A stretch of 62,969 nucleotides of DNA, counting the filler, from Octopus bimaculoides (lineage: Eukaryota): assembly GCF_001194135.2 (NCBI RefSeq). It is 5 parts of 4 records of this genome, joined end to end, with 100 filler letters (N's around TTAATTAATTAA, not from the genome) between each part and the next. Parts side by side here need not be neighbours in the genome. Positions count along the whole stretch, not along the records: positions 36,319 to 52,534 come from NC_068985.1; positions 52,635 to 60,565 come from NW_026430774.1; positions 60,666 to 62,969 come from NC_068981.1; 2 more parts are not named here. The stretch is one strand, 5' to 3'. The notes below the pieces were generated by a model. It had not been told where the DNA came from, did not search any database, and was given only the letters and a program-made list of their open reading frames with translations. Made by a program: the position numbers and the translations under genes. Every line of letters begins with the position of its first letter. The stretch's first letter is position 1. Below are positions 48,531 to 62,638 of this stretch, in pieces.

Positions 48531-51500
48531 AAAAGAATAAAATATGAATGAATTTTAATGAAAAAATTGGGAATTAATAACATTCTTTGTCATGTTATAG
48601 TTGTTTATAGCATGTCTAATCGTTTGGTTCATTGTAATTGTAAAAATAGGAACATGAAGGAATCCTGTAACCAATTTGTTGACTGGATGATATCTTAAAA
48701 TGATTATATTTGTAGCAATCATAATTTAATAGACTGGACATCTATTTTCGTTCAGAGATCAAATTCTATTGTCGTCAATTTTAGATTCTATCATCTTTCA
48801 GTTTCCATGTACCAGCCAAAACTATAGTAAAAGACACCTGCCCAAGGTCTTATACAGTAGGAATGTACTTGAAACCATATAGTTGCAATACAAACTTCTT
48901 AATCATGCAGCAATTCTTGAGTTTCTAATTTAATTTCTAAAAATTTGCATACTTAGGGAAAAATCTGATTTTCTTTTGATTACACCCCCACCCACCAACC
49001 ATGCAAATTAATTCTGAAAGATCAATTCTTAATTCATTGTGATTATCTCCCACTTTTCTTTCAGAGTAACTGACAATTCTCACCAGGTTTTTATTGTTTT
49101 CTTTCTCCAAATAAAAGGCAAATTTGAATTTAATGAGAATGTTTTCGCATTTGCTAATCCTTAAATAACTTCTTGACATAATATTTAAATATGTGGATGT
49201 TATTGGCTCACTTGGGTTAATTGGAACATTAATTACTGTTGTGAGAAAAGACATTAATGTAAAACAGTGTAGAAATTTGAAAAAAAAATCATTAATTTTA
49301 ACTTCAAACAAAAATGCTTTTGGACAGATACAAGCAAACATGAAAATATTTTAAACAAGCAGCAAGGTTGTTTTATATCCCCATAAAACTAATAAAGAAA
49401 GGTAAAATAATAAGTTGGGTAAGAATTTGTTCAAGTCAGTTTATTGAACTCTCCCAGTTAAGTATTCATTCATAGTTATATGAAGCCATTTAAACTCTGG
49501 ACCCCTTATTCAACTTGCATAGCCCAGCATCTACATCAAACTGCTAATCCTGTTAAATTGTATAGAATATGTAGCTATTGGGTTGAGTCACATAAAATGG
49601 TGAGTATGCAAAATTTGCAATATTACATCATGAAAGAAAAAAAATAGAAAAAAGAAATTCTTTGTCTCTCCCTTCTTTTATAGTGTATTAGACTTCTTGT
49701 AACTTCTTGCTTTCAAACTCGTAGTGATGGGCCATGGATAAATTTTCAAACTTATGGTATTAGGGCATGAATCAGTTTTCAAATTCACAATACTCAGGCA
49801 ACAGTTAATTTTTAAATTTGTCAATGTTGTAGCCATTTGCACTTATTGTAGAAAACAGCTGCACTTGTAGGAACCAGGAGGACTTGTAGAAACTAATTGC
49901 TCTTGTAAAAGCTAGCTGCACTTGTTATGGAAGCCATATATATTTTATGTACTTTATTGCTCCAAACAGTCCTCAAAATTTTGCACAGAGAATGATGTAT
50001 AGATTCCTCACAGAATAATTTCTGATTTTCTGATTAATATTTAAAGTGGTAGTATATTATCAACTTAATGTGACAGTCCCATGAAAGGGAATAATACTAC
50101 TGCTATTTAGCCCTAGGAAGCACTGCTTTCTGTCGGCCTTGACACATTTCCTGTGTCCTTATGTTTACAAAGGGGGAGATAAGCACCTCCACCCAGCAAT
50201 GCTAGCATCCAGAGACTAGTTTCTGAGTCATTGCTCATCATCAGTCTGGAGTAGCATGGCTTGCTAGCTGTCGATGTCTATCTGCCTCTGTAAACATGTA
50301 ATAATTCAAGAGATTTAGAAATGTATTATTTCTATTGATTAATATTTGCTTGTGAGAAAACCAATTTTCCTTAAAATATTCTGGATACAAAAGTTTGCTC
50401 AGAGAAATATTGAGATGTATTAAAATATCTTTTATACATAATGTGAAAGAATAACAAAGAGAAGAAAGAAACACTTTGGAATTTCAGAAATGATCTTCCT
50501 TATAAACGTATACTACAATAAATGAATGAATGTGTGTATAAGTATCAGAATATATTTATACCAATTATAGTTATGCTCAATGAAACATAGAAGATATATT
50601 AACTCTTAATCCTATTTTTATTTTCTATTTCTTAACTGAATGGGATTATAGAATGTATGCTTAAATGTATCTTATTCTAAATCTCTTTGTATGTACATAT
50701 ATTCATAGAAATCTTATGTACATCTTTTAGAAATTTCTTTAATGTATATATGTATTCACTGACATCTTATCATCACTGTCTTTATCTCTGTTTCAACCTC
50801 TACTCCAATTATTTCCACCCACCCTTATATAATGCATGGTAGCCATGTATCTTCTCTACAATAAGAAATCTGCTCTTATCCCTTCTTTCATAATTTAACT
50901 GCTCAATTCCTCTCTACTATACTCTAAATCTCTTTTAAGTTTTACCCATATCTTTTTTAAAGAGATACATTAGTCCTGAGTGTAATATGGCAGCAAAGAA
51001 GACAATATGGTTACAACTTGAATACAGATTGAATGATGGAAAAAAAAAATCAATAAACAGAAACATGTATTCCAACTTCTCATGTAGACAATGTGTGAAA
51101 GTCATGACTGTGTTTGAAACAAACTTTAAAACATTTAATAAGCCTTTCCAGAATGCTCACAGTAATACAGTTAAACAACACCACATTTCACAAATGGCAA
51201 CACTGACAATAACTGCATACAATAAAAACAGAAATAACTTCTATTTGTTTATATACTTCTATTCTTATCACCTCTTTAGCAAACAATGGCAGTTACAGAG
51301 TTCTGTCTTTCTTACTGAAACCTTAATACTTGCTAGATTTACTTTGAGGACTCTCAATTCAAGATTTTGCTTCCAAGTTTGGAAAATTTCTTCTCTAAAT
51401 TTTTGACAGATTCAATAAAGAACTAGGTCTCTGTCTCATATACTAAATCCCATCCTTATACAATTAAATTTTAGTTTATTCTTTCGCAGTCAGCCCAATT

Positions 51501-51865
51501 GCAATTAGACAACACTTCAAATATATATCTACTGCTTTGGTGGTGTGTTATCATTAGCAAATGTAAAATTAAATGTAAAACATTTTGTTTCATACTCATT
51601 TGCAGTTGAGTGAATAGTAAATTTAAAGTCAAATATCTGCTTTTTAACTCAGTTTAATGATATTTTTATTTTTGAAAGAAAGAGAAATTAGAAAGTGTGA
51701 TACTCATACTTCCTTTCTGAGTATATAAAAAAAAAATTGAAGTCAATAAGAAGTTGTAAAGAGCTTCATTCTGACAATTGAATCAAACCACTGAACTAGT
51801 TCACCAAAAATTTATTTACTATTTTGCTATGATGTAAGAGGAGAAGGAAGGTAATGATTTTACAG

Positions 51866-52010
51866 GTTCCAAGACTGGTATGGTGGAGAAGAGGAGACCA
51901 TGACATATTCTACAGCAATAAGAAGCAGTTTATCAAGATTTCAAATTATTATCTAATTGGAGCCAACTTTGCCAAATACACCCGTTGGCTAGCTATTGAT
52001 GTTAAATCAA
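51866..52010 (+). CDS. Candidate exon (VPRLVWWRRGDHDIFYSNKKQFIKISNYYLIGANFAKYTRWLAIDVKS)
   Basis: Bounded by ttttacag| and |gtaatt. It is 145 nt, open from phase 0 to phase 1 in AT-rich unique DNA. The acceptor pyrimidine tract is weak and no homology was recognised. Confidence 0.3.
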
Positions 52011-52384
52011 GTAATTGATTAGATGTATGTCAAATTATGCATTTCATTCTTTTCTAAGGGAAATTTGCATTGTAAGCAATGTGCAAATTAAATTGTAAGT
52101 TAAATTCCCTCTATTAGGTATCGAGGTCATGCTACATGTTGCTAGCTCATCCCTATTTCATGACTCTTGTTAAAGAAGAAAAACGAAAATTATTTCTTAC
52201 ATTTGCACAATGCCAATAAATTTTCATGAGGTCAGCATCAATTGAAACAATCACTGTAACATATTTGGTGTTAATTTATTGATCCAGATAGAACCTATAA
52301 TGCAAATTTCTTTTAATTGTGTTTGATTTGATTATATTCTGTATATAAAAAGTTTGTTATTTTTATTCTTATTCTCCATACACC

Positions 52385-52534
52385 TGTTGGGGCAAGTGAG
52401 CACAGCTTGCGAAGACTTGTCGGGGCAAGCGAGCTCAGCTTGCGAAGACTTGTCGGGGCAAGCGAGCTCAGCTTGCGAAGACTTGTCGGGGCAAGCGAGC
52501 TCAGCTTGCGAAGACTTGTCGGGGCAAGCGAGCT
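52385..52534. repeat. 33-bp GC-rich minisatellite running into a gap
   Basis: Unit tcggggcaagcgagctcagcttgcgaagacttg, at least 4.5 copies, no spacers. Confidence 0.95.
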
Positions 52535-53299
52535 NNNNNNNNNNNNNNNNNNNNNNNNNNNNNNNNNNNNNNNNNNNNTTAATTAATTAANNNNNNNNNN
52601 NNNNNNNNNNNNNNNNNNNNNNNNNNNNNNNNNNTTTTCTTCATATTCGTTCACAGCAAGTTGTTTTACACCTATTACACTATTCTTTTTTTTAATTTTT
52701 GAGCTCGGGTTAAACGCTTTAGTTTGTCCCAAAGTTTTACTCATGGAATATGGGGATCTGATACAATAACAAGTGACATCAGCTGCTGTTGGATGCAGTT
52801 TTTCGATGCTGAAAAAAAAATCCAGGCAAAAGACAGCAATATTTTGCCTACTATATGTTGAAGCATTATATCATATTGTACTCTAATAAATTTCCGCAAT
52901 AGTTATTTTTAAAATTGTTTTGATACTCGTATATCACAAAGTAAACAAAACTAGAATGAACCCCCTAATGCTTATGGATTTATTAATAATAATAGGATTA
53001 AAATAAGGTTAAAATCTATTAACAAAGTTTAAAAAATAGGGTTAAAATCAAGGAATTTTTAAGGTTAAAAAAATTGCCCTACTAATAAATAAACCAGCCA
53101 CACACCCACCTATCTTTCCTACAGAATCAACTCCCCCTCCCCACTTCGCCACTGACCTCATCCATTGAGAAATATAAACATCGAAAGTATGTCAGTTGTC
53201 AGTGGTGATATGGTGGTGATGGTAAATAGTGTGTAGATGTATGTAAACGTATTTAAATCGACACTAACCAACAGCTAAATTATAGGCACAATAGGTGAA

Positions 53300-53745
53300 T
53301 AATTTGTCAGACGGCTTTCAACATTTTTACGGCGAGGGTTCGTGAAGTATGTCATTCACGGCGTGTGTCAATATATGAACAGAGATAGAGAAAATATGTA
53401 TGAGCATGAGTGCTACAAACAGTTATGTTTGCACCGATGCGCGCACACACACACACAAGACAGAGATTGGAACGAGGACGGGACAGTAAGACGATGGGGG
53501 GGGGTGAGAATGTGCGCAAGTGTATGTGTATTTATATTTCCAGGGCAGACATCAAGGACCGCTTGAAAAAAACTCATACTATGTCTTCTTCCCCTTTAAC
53601 AATAGGAGATGGCACTGTCCCTCTACACGCTATAAAGAATAATACTGTTTTACTACACCAACCAGTCTATTTGATAAGATACGAAACCTATGGAGATTAT
53701 TGTGGTCTGCAATGAGGGATGAGATAATCACAAGCTTCGCGGCTC

Positions 53746-53812
<67 letters not shown>

Positions 53813-53830
53813 AGTGATATCTAAAACAAA
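53300..53830. promoter_or_regulatory. CpG/CG-run and (GA)n-rich promoter-like segment
   Basis: gcttcgcggctccgcgcgcgcg is followed by (GA)n in non-TE sequence. There is a possible minus-strand donor (gacata|gtatgag) near 53580. Confidence 0.25.
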
Positions 53831-54349
53831 ATATGAGAACTGAAAAACCCAGAGGTCAACTACAAAATATATTTTTAAAAATATATAAGAAAGAGCATGG
53901 GAGTCCTTGACTAAAAAAGCCCAGACAGGGCTACGCAGGAAATATTCCATCAACTTCGCTGAAATGAAACAAATAACAAGTTTACAAATTACCCAAGTAC
54001 TGGATCCCAACCCCATGTGTCTTCTGCAATAAGATTGCAGCAACTTTTTTTTAAACCTCAACCGGTCTTGTTTTTTCAGCATTATCAGGGAAGAACTCAA
54101 AGAAGAAAAAGATCTCATGACCTTCGCACAGTAACTGGGCAAATTTCTCTAAGGAATACTAGACAAATCTTCAACGTACAGATATATTCCGTCTCACACG
54201 TCCCTACTTAAGTGGGCTATGACGTCTCAAAATATGACTTAAATTATACTACACACACACACACACACACGCATACATTGGAAAACGTGTGAGATCCTTG
54301 TACACCACATCTGATGCTTCTTAGGTCCAACTTTTCTCTCAGAGCGCTT

Positions 54350-54930
54350 ACACTTTGTCGTGTATGCACACTGACATTACACATCTAGCGGAGCATACTA
54401 GTAGCTTCATTCCTTGCAAGCAGTCACAGCCCATGTTTCACTGCCATGTAACACGGCTGTTCGCACACATGCGTCATACAGTCTACCTTTTACTCTGAGT
54501 GAGAGGCCCTTTGTCACAAGCAGAAGTAGGAGCTCTTTGAACTTTGGCCAGGCAATTCTTATTTTAGCAGCTACACTCTCAGAGCATCCACCCCCGCTAC
54601 TTGTAGTTTTTTCTCCTGGAATGTGACAGAAGCTGTTTTCTGCACATTTTCAGTGTTTATTGCCCCTGAGCATTTACCACACAAAAACTATCTTCCCAGC
54701 TAGCCTTCCTTTGATATTGCTGCACCTCTTATGTGACCATAGCTTGCACTGGGTACATTTTATAGAGTTTCTACCTACACCTTTTCTACAGATCGAGCAG
54801 GGCCATCTACCTGAAGGGGTTTATGGTTTGTCTGCCTTACTACTTATTAAGATTGGTTTTTGCCAGATTGACTCTAAGGCCCTTCGATTCTAGACCTTTC
54901 TTCCACACCTGAAACTTCTCTAGTTCAGAT
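54350..54930 (-). mobile_element. RTE-type LINE RT fragment
   Basis: RIAWPKFKELLLLLVTKGLSLRVKGRLYDACVRTAVLHGSET on the minus strand. Confidence 0.85.
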
Positions 54931-55499
54931 AGAGACTAAGCTATCAGAGCAAGGTCATAAAAACCTATATGTATACACATACACAGATATATACACACAC
55001 ATATATATTTACACATCCACACACATGTATAAATATATGTATGCATACATATGCATGTATATATATATATATGTGTGTGTGTGTGTTTCTTTATTGGCCA
55101 CACAGGGCTGAACACAGGGGACAAAATACAAAGTAGAGCTTTTCTTTTTAGGAAGAAGAAGAGAAAAAAAAGTGGGTCGAATTTCGATCAAAAGGGATCG
55201 TGGAAAAAAAAAGAAAAAGAAAGGCCGACCAATAGGGATCATGTATCACAGAAATGGCAATGTAAAAAAGGAAAACGGATTGGGTTTATCCGTGAAAAAG
55301 AAAAGCCTACGGAAAAGACCAGGTAAGCTTGGGCAATAATGTCATGCAAAAAAAAAAAACATTACAGTAAGAGACTCTTTTTTCCTTTCTTTTTTTGGTT
55401 CATAGGATTATGCTCAAGCTGGCTCCGTCATTTACGCGTGCCATCCTTGCTACATTCACCCATCGTTTTTTTTAAACATTCACTAGACAAAACTTCCCT

Positions 55500-56088
55500 C
55501 TCTCTCACCTTCCTCTTCAAGTGATACTTGAAGAAGTTGAGAGATTAACCAGAGAGGAAAGTGTTTGTCTCTAGACCTTTTAGACGCGTCCACCATACAC
55601 ATTTATTCGCCATAACCACAATTACATTGAAAATGGTTCTTCCTCCCCGTTTCAAGGAAGGAGGCGTGACAGTATTCACGATAGACTTGGTTGTTAAAAC
55701 GACTCGTCCCACATGCGATAGCAGTCGTTCGACATAGGCCTACAAGTCGGAAATGGTTGGACACTGTACGGGTGCGTGCAGGACGGTTTCGTCGCTCTGA
55801 CCGCATCTTGGCCACGTGTTTCTCGAGCCATGCTTGTAGAGCTTATCCCGAACGGGTAGTGCTTCTCGATAGCACTGCCAGGCCAGGGATCTCTGGAAGT
55901 TGTCCAAAGGTCCCGGCCCAAAAGTCGTCTTGAACAGGCGGGTCAGATATTCCTCGTCGACGCTCAGGTTCCCCTCCATTAATCCCCTATAGAATACTTT
56001 GGTTGTGTTGAAGTCGCTCAAGGTCGACTCGGGACGGCATAGTTGCTTGATAGCAACGCGACACTCGCGGTGCCATTCGCTCTTCCTC
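55500..56088 (-). mobile_element. L1/Tx1-like LINE 3' fragment (zf-RVT region)
   Basis: SLAWQCYREALPVRDKLYKHG...CGQSDETVLHAPVQCP. Confidence 0.8.
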
Positions 56089-56509
56089 NNNNNNNNNNNN
56101 NNNNNNNNNNNNNNNNNNNNNNNNNNNNNNNNNNNNNNNNNNNNNNNNNNNNNNNNNNNNNNNNNNNNNNNNNNNNNNNNNNNNNNNNNNNNNNNNNNNN
56201 NNNNNNNNNNNNNNNNNNNNNNNNNNNNNNNNNNNNNNNNNNNNNNNNNNNNNNNNNNNNNNNNNNNNNNNNNNNNNNNNNNNNNNNNNNNNNNNNNNNN
56301 NNNNNNNNNNNNNNNNNNNNNNNNNNNNNNNNNNNNNNNNNNNNNNNNNNNNNNNNNNNNNNNNNNNNNNNNNNNNNNNNNNNNNNNNNNNNNNNNNNNN
56401 NNNNNNNNNNNNNNNNNNNNNNNNNNNNNNNNNNNNNNNNNNNNNNNNACTCCATCATCCAAAAATAGATCAATAAATATGTAATTCCTGGCAGTGGCTG
56501 ATGGAGTCT

Positions 56510-58250
56510 ACCACACAACATTGTCAGTCAAGCGAAAAATAAGGCTCCGAGACACCTCTTATCAAAATTACGCGCCCTTCTCATTTATTGGATGATGGTG
56601 TGTACCACGTGACAGCTGGATGATTGTCGCTGCTGGAGCCTACCTGTCAGTATTTAAGGATGAAATAAATGCATCATTCCTCGTTCACGTAGAGAGGCAG
56701 ACATACACACAAGTTGTTCAAAATGAGAAGAGAGAGGCAGGACAAATCCGTGGCAGAAAAGATTCAATTGTTAGAGCATTACAAAGCTCTTGGGAAAACA
56801 ATTCAGTGGCAAGCAGTACAGAGTTGAGGAATTTCAAGAGGTCTGCTCCAGAATTTGCTAAAGAATGAGGATGACCTTCGTGCCAAAAAACACAATAGCT
56901 GTTCATCAAAGAGAAAGCGCCAATGAGAGGGACAAGACCAACAAATAGACCGTACTCTCTACGATTGGTTTGAAGTTATTCGCTCGGGAAATGTTCCCGT
57001 CAATGGCTCGATCCTAATGCACAAAGCCAATATTGTTGCTCAAGCTGCTGGACACGATTTTAAGGCATCCGAAGGTTAGTTTTACCACNNNNNNNNNNNN
57101 NNNNNNNNNNNNNNNNNNNNNNNNNNNNNNNNNNNNNNNNNNNNNNNNNNNNNNNNNNNNNNNNNNNNNNNNNNNNNNNNNNNNNNNNNNNNNNNNNNNN
57201 NNNNNNNNNNNNNNNNNNNNNNNNNNNNNNNNNNNNNNNNNNNNNNNNNNNNNNNNNNNNNNNNNNNNNNNNNNNNNNNNNNNNNNNNNNNNNNNNNNNN
57301 NNNNNNNNNNNNNNNNNNNNNNNNNNNNNNNNNNNNNNNNNNNNNNNNNNNNNNNNNNNNNNNNNNNNNNNNNNNNNNNNNNNNNNNNNNNNNNNNNNNN
57401 NNNNNNNNNNNNNNNNNNNNNNNNNNNNNNNNNNNNNNNNNNNNNNNNTATTTTGTAGGTGATGCAGCTGAAGCTGACATTGATGCAGTCCATCAATTTT
57501 GTGAGACAACCATGCAGCTTCTTTTGAAATCGTATCAGCAATGTCAATGAAACTGGGATATACTTTCGTGCATTTCCAGGAAGTACGTATGTCAATGAGA
57601 GCTGCATGAAAACTGTGAGAGGCTTTAAGACAGCAAAGGACCGTGTGACCTTGATGATGGCCTGCAACATGAATGGAGACAAAGAAGACTTGCTCTTAAT
57701 CAGAAAGGCTGATTCGCCAAGATGCTTCAAAAATGTCAAAATGCTTCCGATTCAGTAGGACTTTTCAACCAATGCTTGGATGACAGAAAAAAACTATGGA
57801 AGATGGCTCAGATCTTGGGTTCGTCGTTTGCGGGAATCTGACAATTGCTTTTCTCTTGTAGTCATCAATGATCTCAAAAATATCACATTAAAATTTTTTC
57901 TCCCAGCACAACATCAGTGCTGCAGCCCTGTGACATGGGGATAATCAAGACCTTCAAAGCCTACTTCAGACATGAAATGTGCGAGAAAATCATTGATGTT
58001 ATGGAAGACACTGAAGTGACATTTTTGCCCAAGAAGTTGTAAAGCAGGTCACCATTTTGGATGCCATGTACATGTTAAGCGTAGCGTGGAAAAACTCTTA
58101 ACGAAAAATTCAATGCAAAGTTGCGAACAAAACGTCCAACAAAGCAAACAGCACTCAACAAAATTTTCATTCAATGACATTGTTTCTAATGTTTTTATTT
58201 GTGTATTCACATATCTATGTATTTCAATAAATACACGTTTAACCAATTGA
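56510..58250 (+). mobile_element. pogo/Tigger-like DNA transposon (CENP-B-type HTH + DDE_1), decayed
   Basis: LYDWFEVIRSGNVPVNGSILMHKA...FKASEG, TAKDRVTLMMACNMNG and TSVLQPCDMGIIKTFKAYFR. Confidence 0.85.
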
Positions 58251-58362
58251 CGAATTTTGTTCCCTCTTTATAAATCCCTCGTTTAATAAATTTAAAATAG
58301 GTAGTCCCAAGATGGATTTATAAAATAGGGTCTACTGTATGTATGTATGCAAGTAAGTTTTG

Positions 58363-58398
<36 letters not shown>

Positions 58399-58441
58399 GA
58401 GAATGTACGGAAAAAAACAACAGACGAGGACAGGTGGTGTA

Positions 58442-58469
<28 letters not shown>

Positions 58470-58485
<16 letters not shown>

Positions 58486-59695
58486 CTTCCCATGCTGCAG
58501 TATTTTCAATGCTGGACAAGCGAGTCTGAAGCTCGTTCCTAACTACAACATCATATACCTTGTGGACATTTAGACGGTGAGGAATGCTGACTGGTCCTCT
58601 TCTCTCTTTCACCCTAATCACCATTCGGAACTTTGCTCGCACCAGACTGTGGTCTGTCCAGCATTCTGATCCATGCAAGGACTTGACATTACAAATGTCA
58701 TAAATGTCGCGCTTGCGGATGATGACATAATCCAGCAAGTGCCAAACTTTGGGCCTTGGATGCATCCACGTTGTTGTGTGATCACCTTTGTGCATATAAT
58801 GAGTGCTTGTGATGTAAAGTCCATGTTCTTCGCAAAGCTCCAATAGCATGAGAACGTTGCTATTCATTTTCCCTACACCAAAACGTCCTAGAGAGTTCTA
58901 TGTTTGCCAGTCTGTTCCAACCCTGGCATTGAAATCCCCCAGTAGAATGACTTTATCAGAATTGGGGATTTTTCTAAGTATGGCTCTCAGCTGGGTATAA
59001 AAGATTGTTTTATCTTCATCACAGCTAGTCAAAATAGGTGCATAAGCACTTATTAGAGTAGCAAACCGCCTACCTTTCAAGTGCAACCGTAGAGTCATTA
59101 TACGTTCATTTATAGAAACAGGAAGCTCTTCCAACTTCTTAAGGATATCAGATCGAACTGCAAAACCAACACCAGCCTCTCTGCGCTCCTCCTTTTGCCT
59201 TCCCTTCCAAAAAAAAAAGGTGTATTCACCTCCTACTTCCTCAAGCTGACCATCACCTTCTATACGAGTCTCTGAGAGTGCAGCTATATCAATGTTATCA
59301 GTGTGTCTTTCAGGCCTACAATCTCTCTTGTTGTCCAACAGAGTGCGCACATTCCAACATGAAATGTTTAAGTTCCATCCAGATTTTATAAATAAAAGAC
59401 TTTGTTTTTCGAGCGCAGGGTGTGCATCCATCAGCTAAACTGACCAGATATGGAACGACAGGCAATTTTTGGTTCACCTTTTCTAGAACCTTCCCGGCCT
59501 CCGGGTGAGCAGAGCCCTCTCCAAATGGAGCTGCTCAGACACCCATGCAGCAACCGAATCCTACCGCTGTCTTGGGCGACAAGGAAACGATTTTATATCT
59601 AGCATGGGCCGCCTACGTGCAGGTTGCTGACTACATGCTTCCAACTCGTCAGGTCTGCATGCTTCACCACCTTCCCATCACCGCAGGACTTCCTA
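58470..59695 (-). mobile_element. RTE (BovB-like) LINE 5' UTR + APE endonuclease, 3' truncated
   Basis: WNVRTLLD, IAALSETR, SAYAP, LLGDFNARVG and WHLLDYVIIR...CWTDHSLV, with a GC-rich 5' UTR at 59430-59695. Confidence 0.9.
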
Positions 59696-60353
59696 ATAAA
59701 AAAAAACTAAAAATATATAAATATATACTAAAAATGAAGAAAATATATGCTAAAAATAAGTTAAATATATTCTAAAAATATGATAAATATATATAGGGGG
59801 GAAAGAAGGAAAAAAAGCACATGTCGAGCAGAGGTCGGCAATGCCTGTGCAGAGTTTTAGGTGCACTAAGGCTTGCACAACACCTCATAGACCCTCTCCA
59901 CTTTATTGACATTATCCAGAAACAAGCCGGAGCAAGATGTCTGGTGCCAATGAGTCGCAGGCTCAGGGATGTGGGAGCGCCGTGATCTCTAGCACAAACC
60001 AAATATCCCCAAAATGTCCAATGCATATCTGGTTTTATATCAGAGTGACCTTCTCCTAGAGACATGCTTCAACAAAAGCTGAAGGGTGCTTCACTCCCAG
60101 GGTCTTTCAGCACACCGGACACCATCCCAGAATTTTTGTGTACCCGTACTATGTCAGGTCACTTATGAGGCTCTCATAAGTGCTACTGGTAACATGTAAT
60201 CCAGTACAACCTGTTGTATGGTCGGGTTGTCGGCGACTAAACTGGCACCACCACCAGGCTATCCTGGTGAGGTGGGTTGCTAGAAACCCAGCAGGATTAA
60301 AAACAAGACCTGTTGAAAGCTCGGATGGACCTAGCGCAGGCTCAACAGCTATC

Positions 60354-60414
<61 letters not shown>

Positions 60415-60665
60415 TCAGAAAATAGTGGGGTTGTGTTAACCGCACGTGGGGAAATAATAGGAAAATGAAAAAAAGCCAGAATGCTAAACTGGAAGCATTC
60501 CTGCTTAACACAAACTTTTAACCCTTTTTTTAAAACATAACAAAACTCTCAACTCTCATGCATCCNNNNNNNNNNNNNNNNNNNNNNNNNNNNNNNNNNN
60601 NNNNNNNNNTTAATTAATTAANNNNNNNNNNNNNNNNNNNNNNNNNNNNNNNNNNNNNNNNNNNN

Positions 60666-60709
<44 letters not shown>

Positions 60710-60904
60710 ACGTTTGTCTTTGTAAGGAGATGTCTATGTATGAATGCCAGATCTCTTGAGCAAGGACTTGCAAGAACATTAGAATTCTAGCTCGCTCTTT
60801 AAATGAATGGTATCGATATCTGAGATTGAAAAATGTATCATAGTCAATTTACACCTTTAAACCGAACAGGAACCAAATTTTTTTCTTGATGGCGATATAA
60901 ATGA

Positions 60905-61480
60905 CTATATTAGGGCGGTGAGCTGGCAGAATCGTTAGCACGTTAGGCGAAATTCTTAGCGACATTTCGTCCGTCTTCACGCCCTGAGTTCAAACTCTAC
61001 TGAGATCGACTCTGACTTTCATTCCACCGAATCGATAAAAATAAGTACGAGCTGAGCAGGGAGGTCGATGTAATCGATTTGCCCTCTCCCCGAAGTTGTT
61101 GGTCTTGTATCGAAATCTATCTGGCATTAGCTAACAGATGGGTAAATTAATCTCGCTTTATTTCTTTCGAATCTAGTCTCAGCTTAAATTCCACCATATT
61201 CAATATTGCCTTTCTTCCGCCTGGGGTCAATAAAATAAAGTACCAATCAATTAGTGGGGGTTGATGGTAACGACTAACCATCTTCCGCAAAAATTAGAAA
61301 CATTATAATCTCTATCCTCCTCCTCCTCCTCCTCCTCATCATCATCATCATTAAAGGTGATGGATTGGCATAAATGTTAGAGCGAGGGACAAAATCTCTA
61401 GCAGTATTTCTTTTTAGTTCAAAATCGATGCCAACGATTCTGTATCTGATTGTTAGTCTATTTCATCGATCCCTCTAAAC
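60905..61480 (+). mobile_element. SINE family A copies
   Basis: ggcggtgagctggcagaatcgttagcacg...gagttcaaac head at ~60914, with further fragments downstream. Confidence 0.8.
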
Positions 61481-62585
61481 ACTAGGAATCAAAATATTTA
61501 CCACATGGCATTTCATCTGATTCCTTAAATTCGTGTTACAAAGATTTGAATTTTTCGCCTTGTTCAGTCATGCAATAATTTTTTACACGCATATATTTGC
61601 TCTGTGTTTCGATGGGTTATATCTCCCAGTGTCTTCGGGTGACACCCCGCGAGATATGTGCGTACACTAAACTCGAACTATAAACATCTATTTCTAAATA
61701 TATAGAAAAATAAGGGTTCTTGCTTTTGTTGCTGTTGCTGCTTCTGTTGTGGCTTAGTCTTACATAACTGTTTATCAAGCAGACTAACGACCAAATGTAT
61801 TCCAGCCTTGACCATCCCATCGCATTTCCAGACGTTGTGCAAATAAGATCTTATTAACCGATATTACTTTTTCCTGAAAAACACTGTGGTGTGATTCGGA
61901 TAGGTTTGGCTACTATATTTAGTAATTCGAAGCTCTCTCATTGGCTTCAGCAAAAAAAAAGAAAAAAGAAAAAAAAANNNNNNNNNNTTTTTTTTGGTTT
62001 CTTTTTCGTTTTGTGTTTCAAATGTAACCCTACAATCAACAAAGATTTTTGGTTTTAAAAATTATAAATAAATATATAAATGATGTGCACGGATGGTCAC
62101 GACTGGAACCTCTTTGGATCATGGGTAATGCTCGATCCTTGAACCAAGCAACAACAACAACAACAACAAATGTTACAACATATTTTCCAAACAAACAAGG
62201 AATACGCAAATAAAATTAATTATGCAAAGAAAAAACCCACCACCATCACCACCACGAACATCTTCAACCCCACCTCACAAACAAACAAGCAAAAATAAAG
62301 TACTAAAGAAAGAAACAGCGCAAAGAAAAACGAATGATGGACAGAAAAATTTAAAAGATAAATAAGAAAATAAATGAATGAATGAATGAATAAATAAATA
62401 AATAAATAAAGAGATAAATAAGTAAATAAATAAATGAAAGTTCGCTAATTCCCTCTAATGAGCAAAACACGAAAGGATGTGTCTGCTGCAAACCATGCTC
62501 AGCTAAGTCGGATCACATAACGTCACAAAGACATCATTGCTCCCCATCCACTTGTACGCACATCCTCCTCACACCTCATTTTCTC

Positions 62586-62638
<53 letters not shown>

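Noticed and set aside
52385-52534. CRISPR-like 33-bp repeats
   Set aside because: The units are contiguous with no spacers, there are no cas genes, and the context is eukaryotic.
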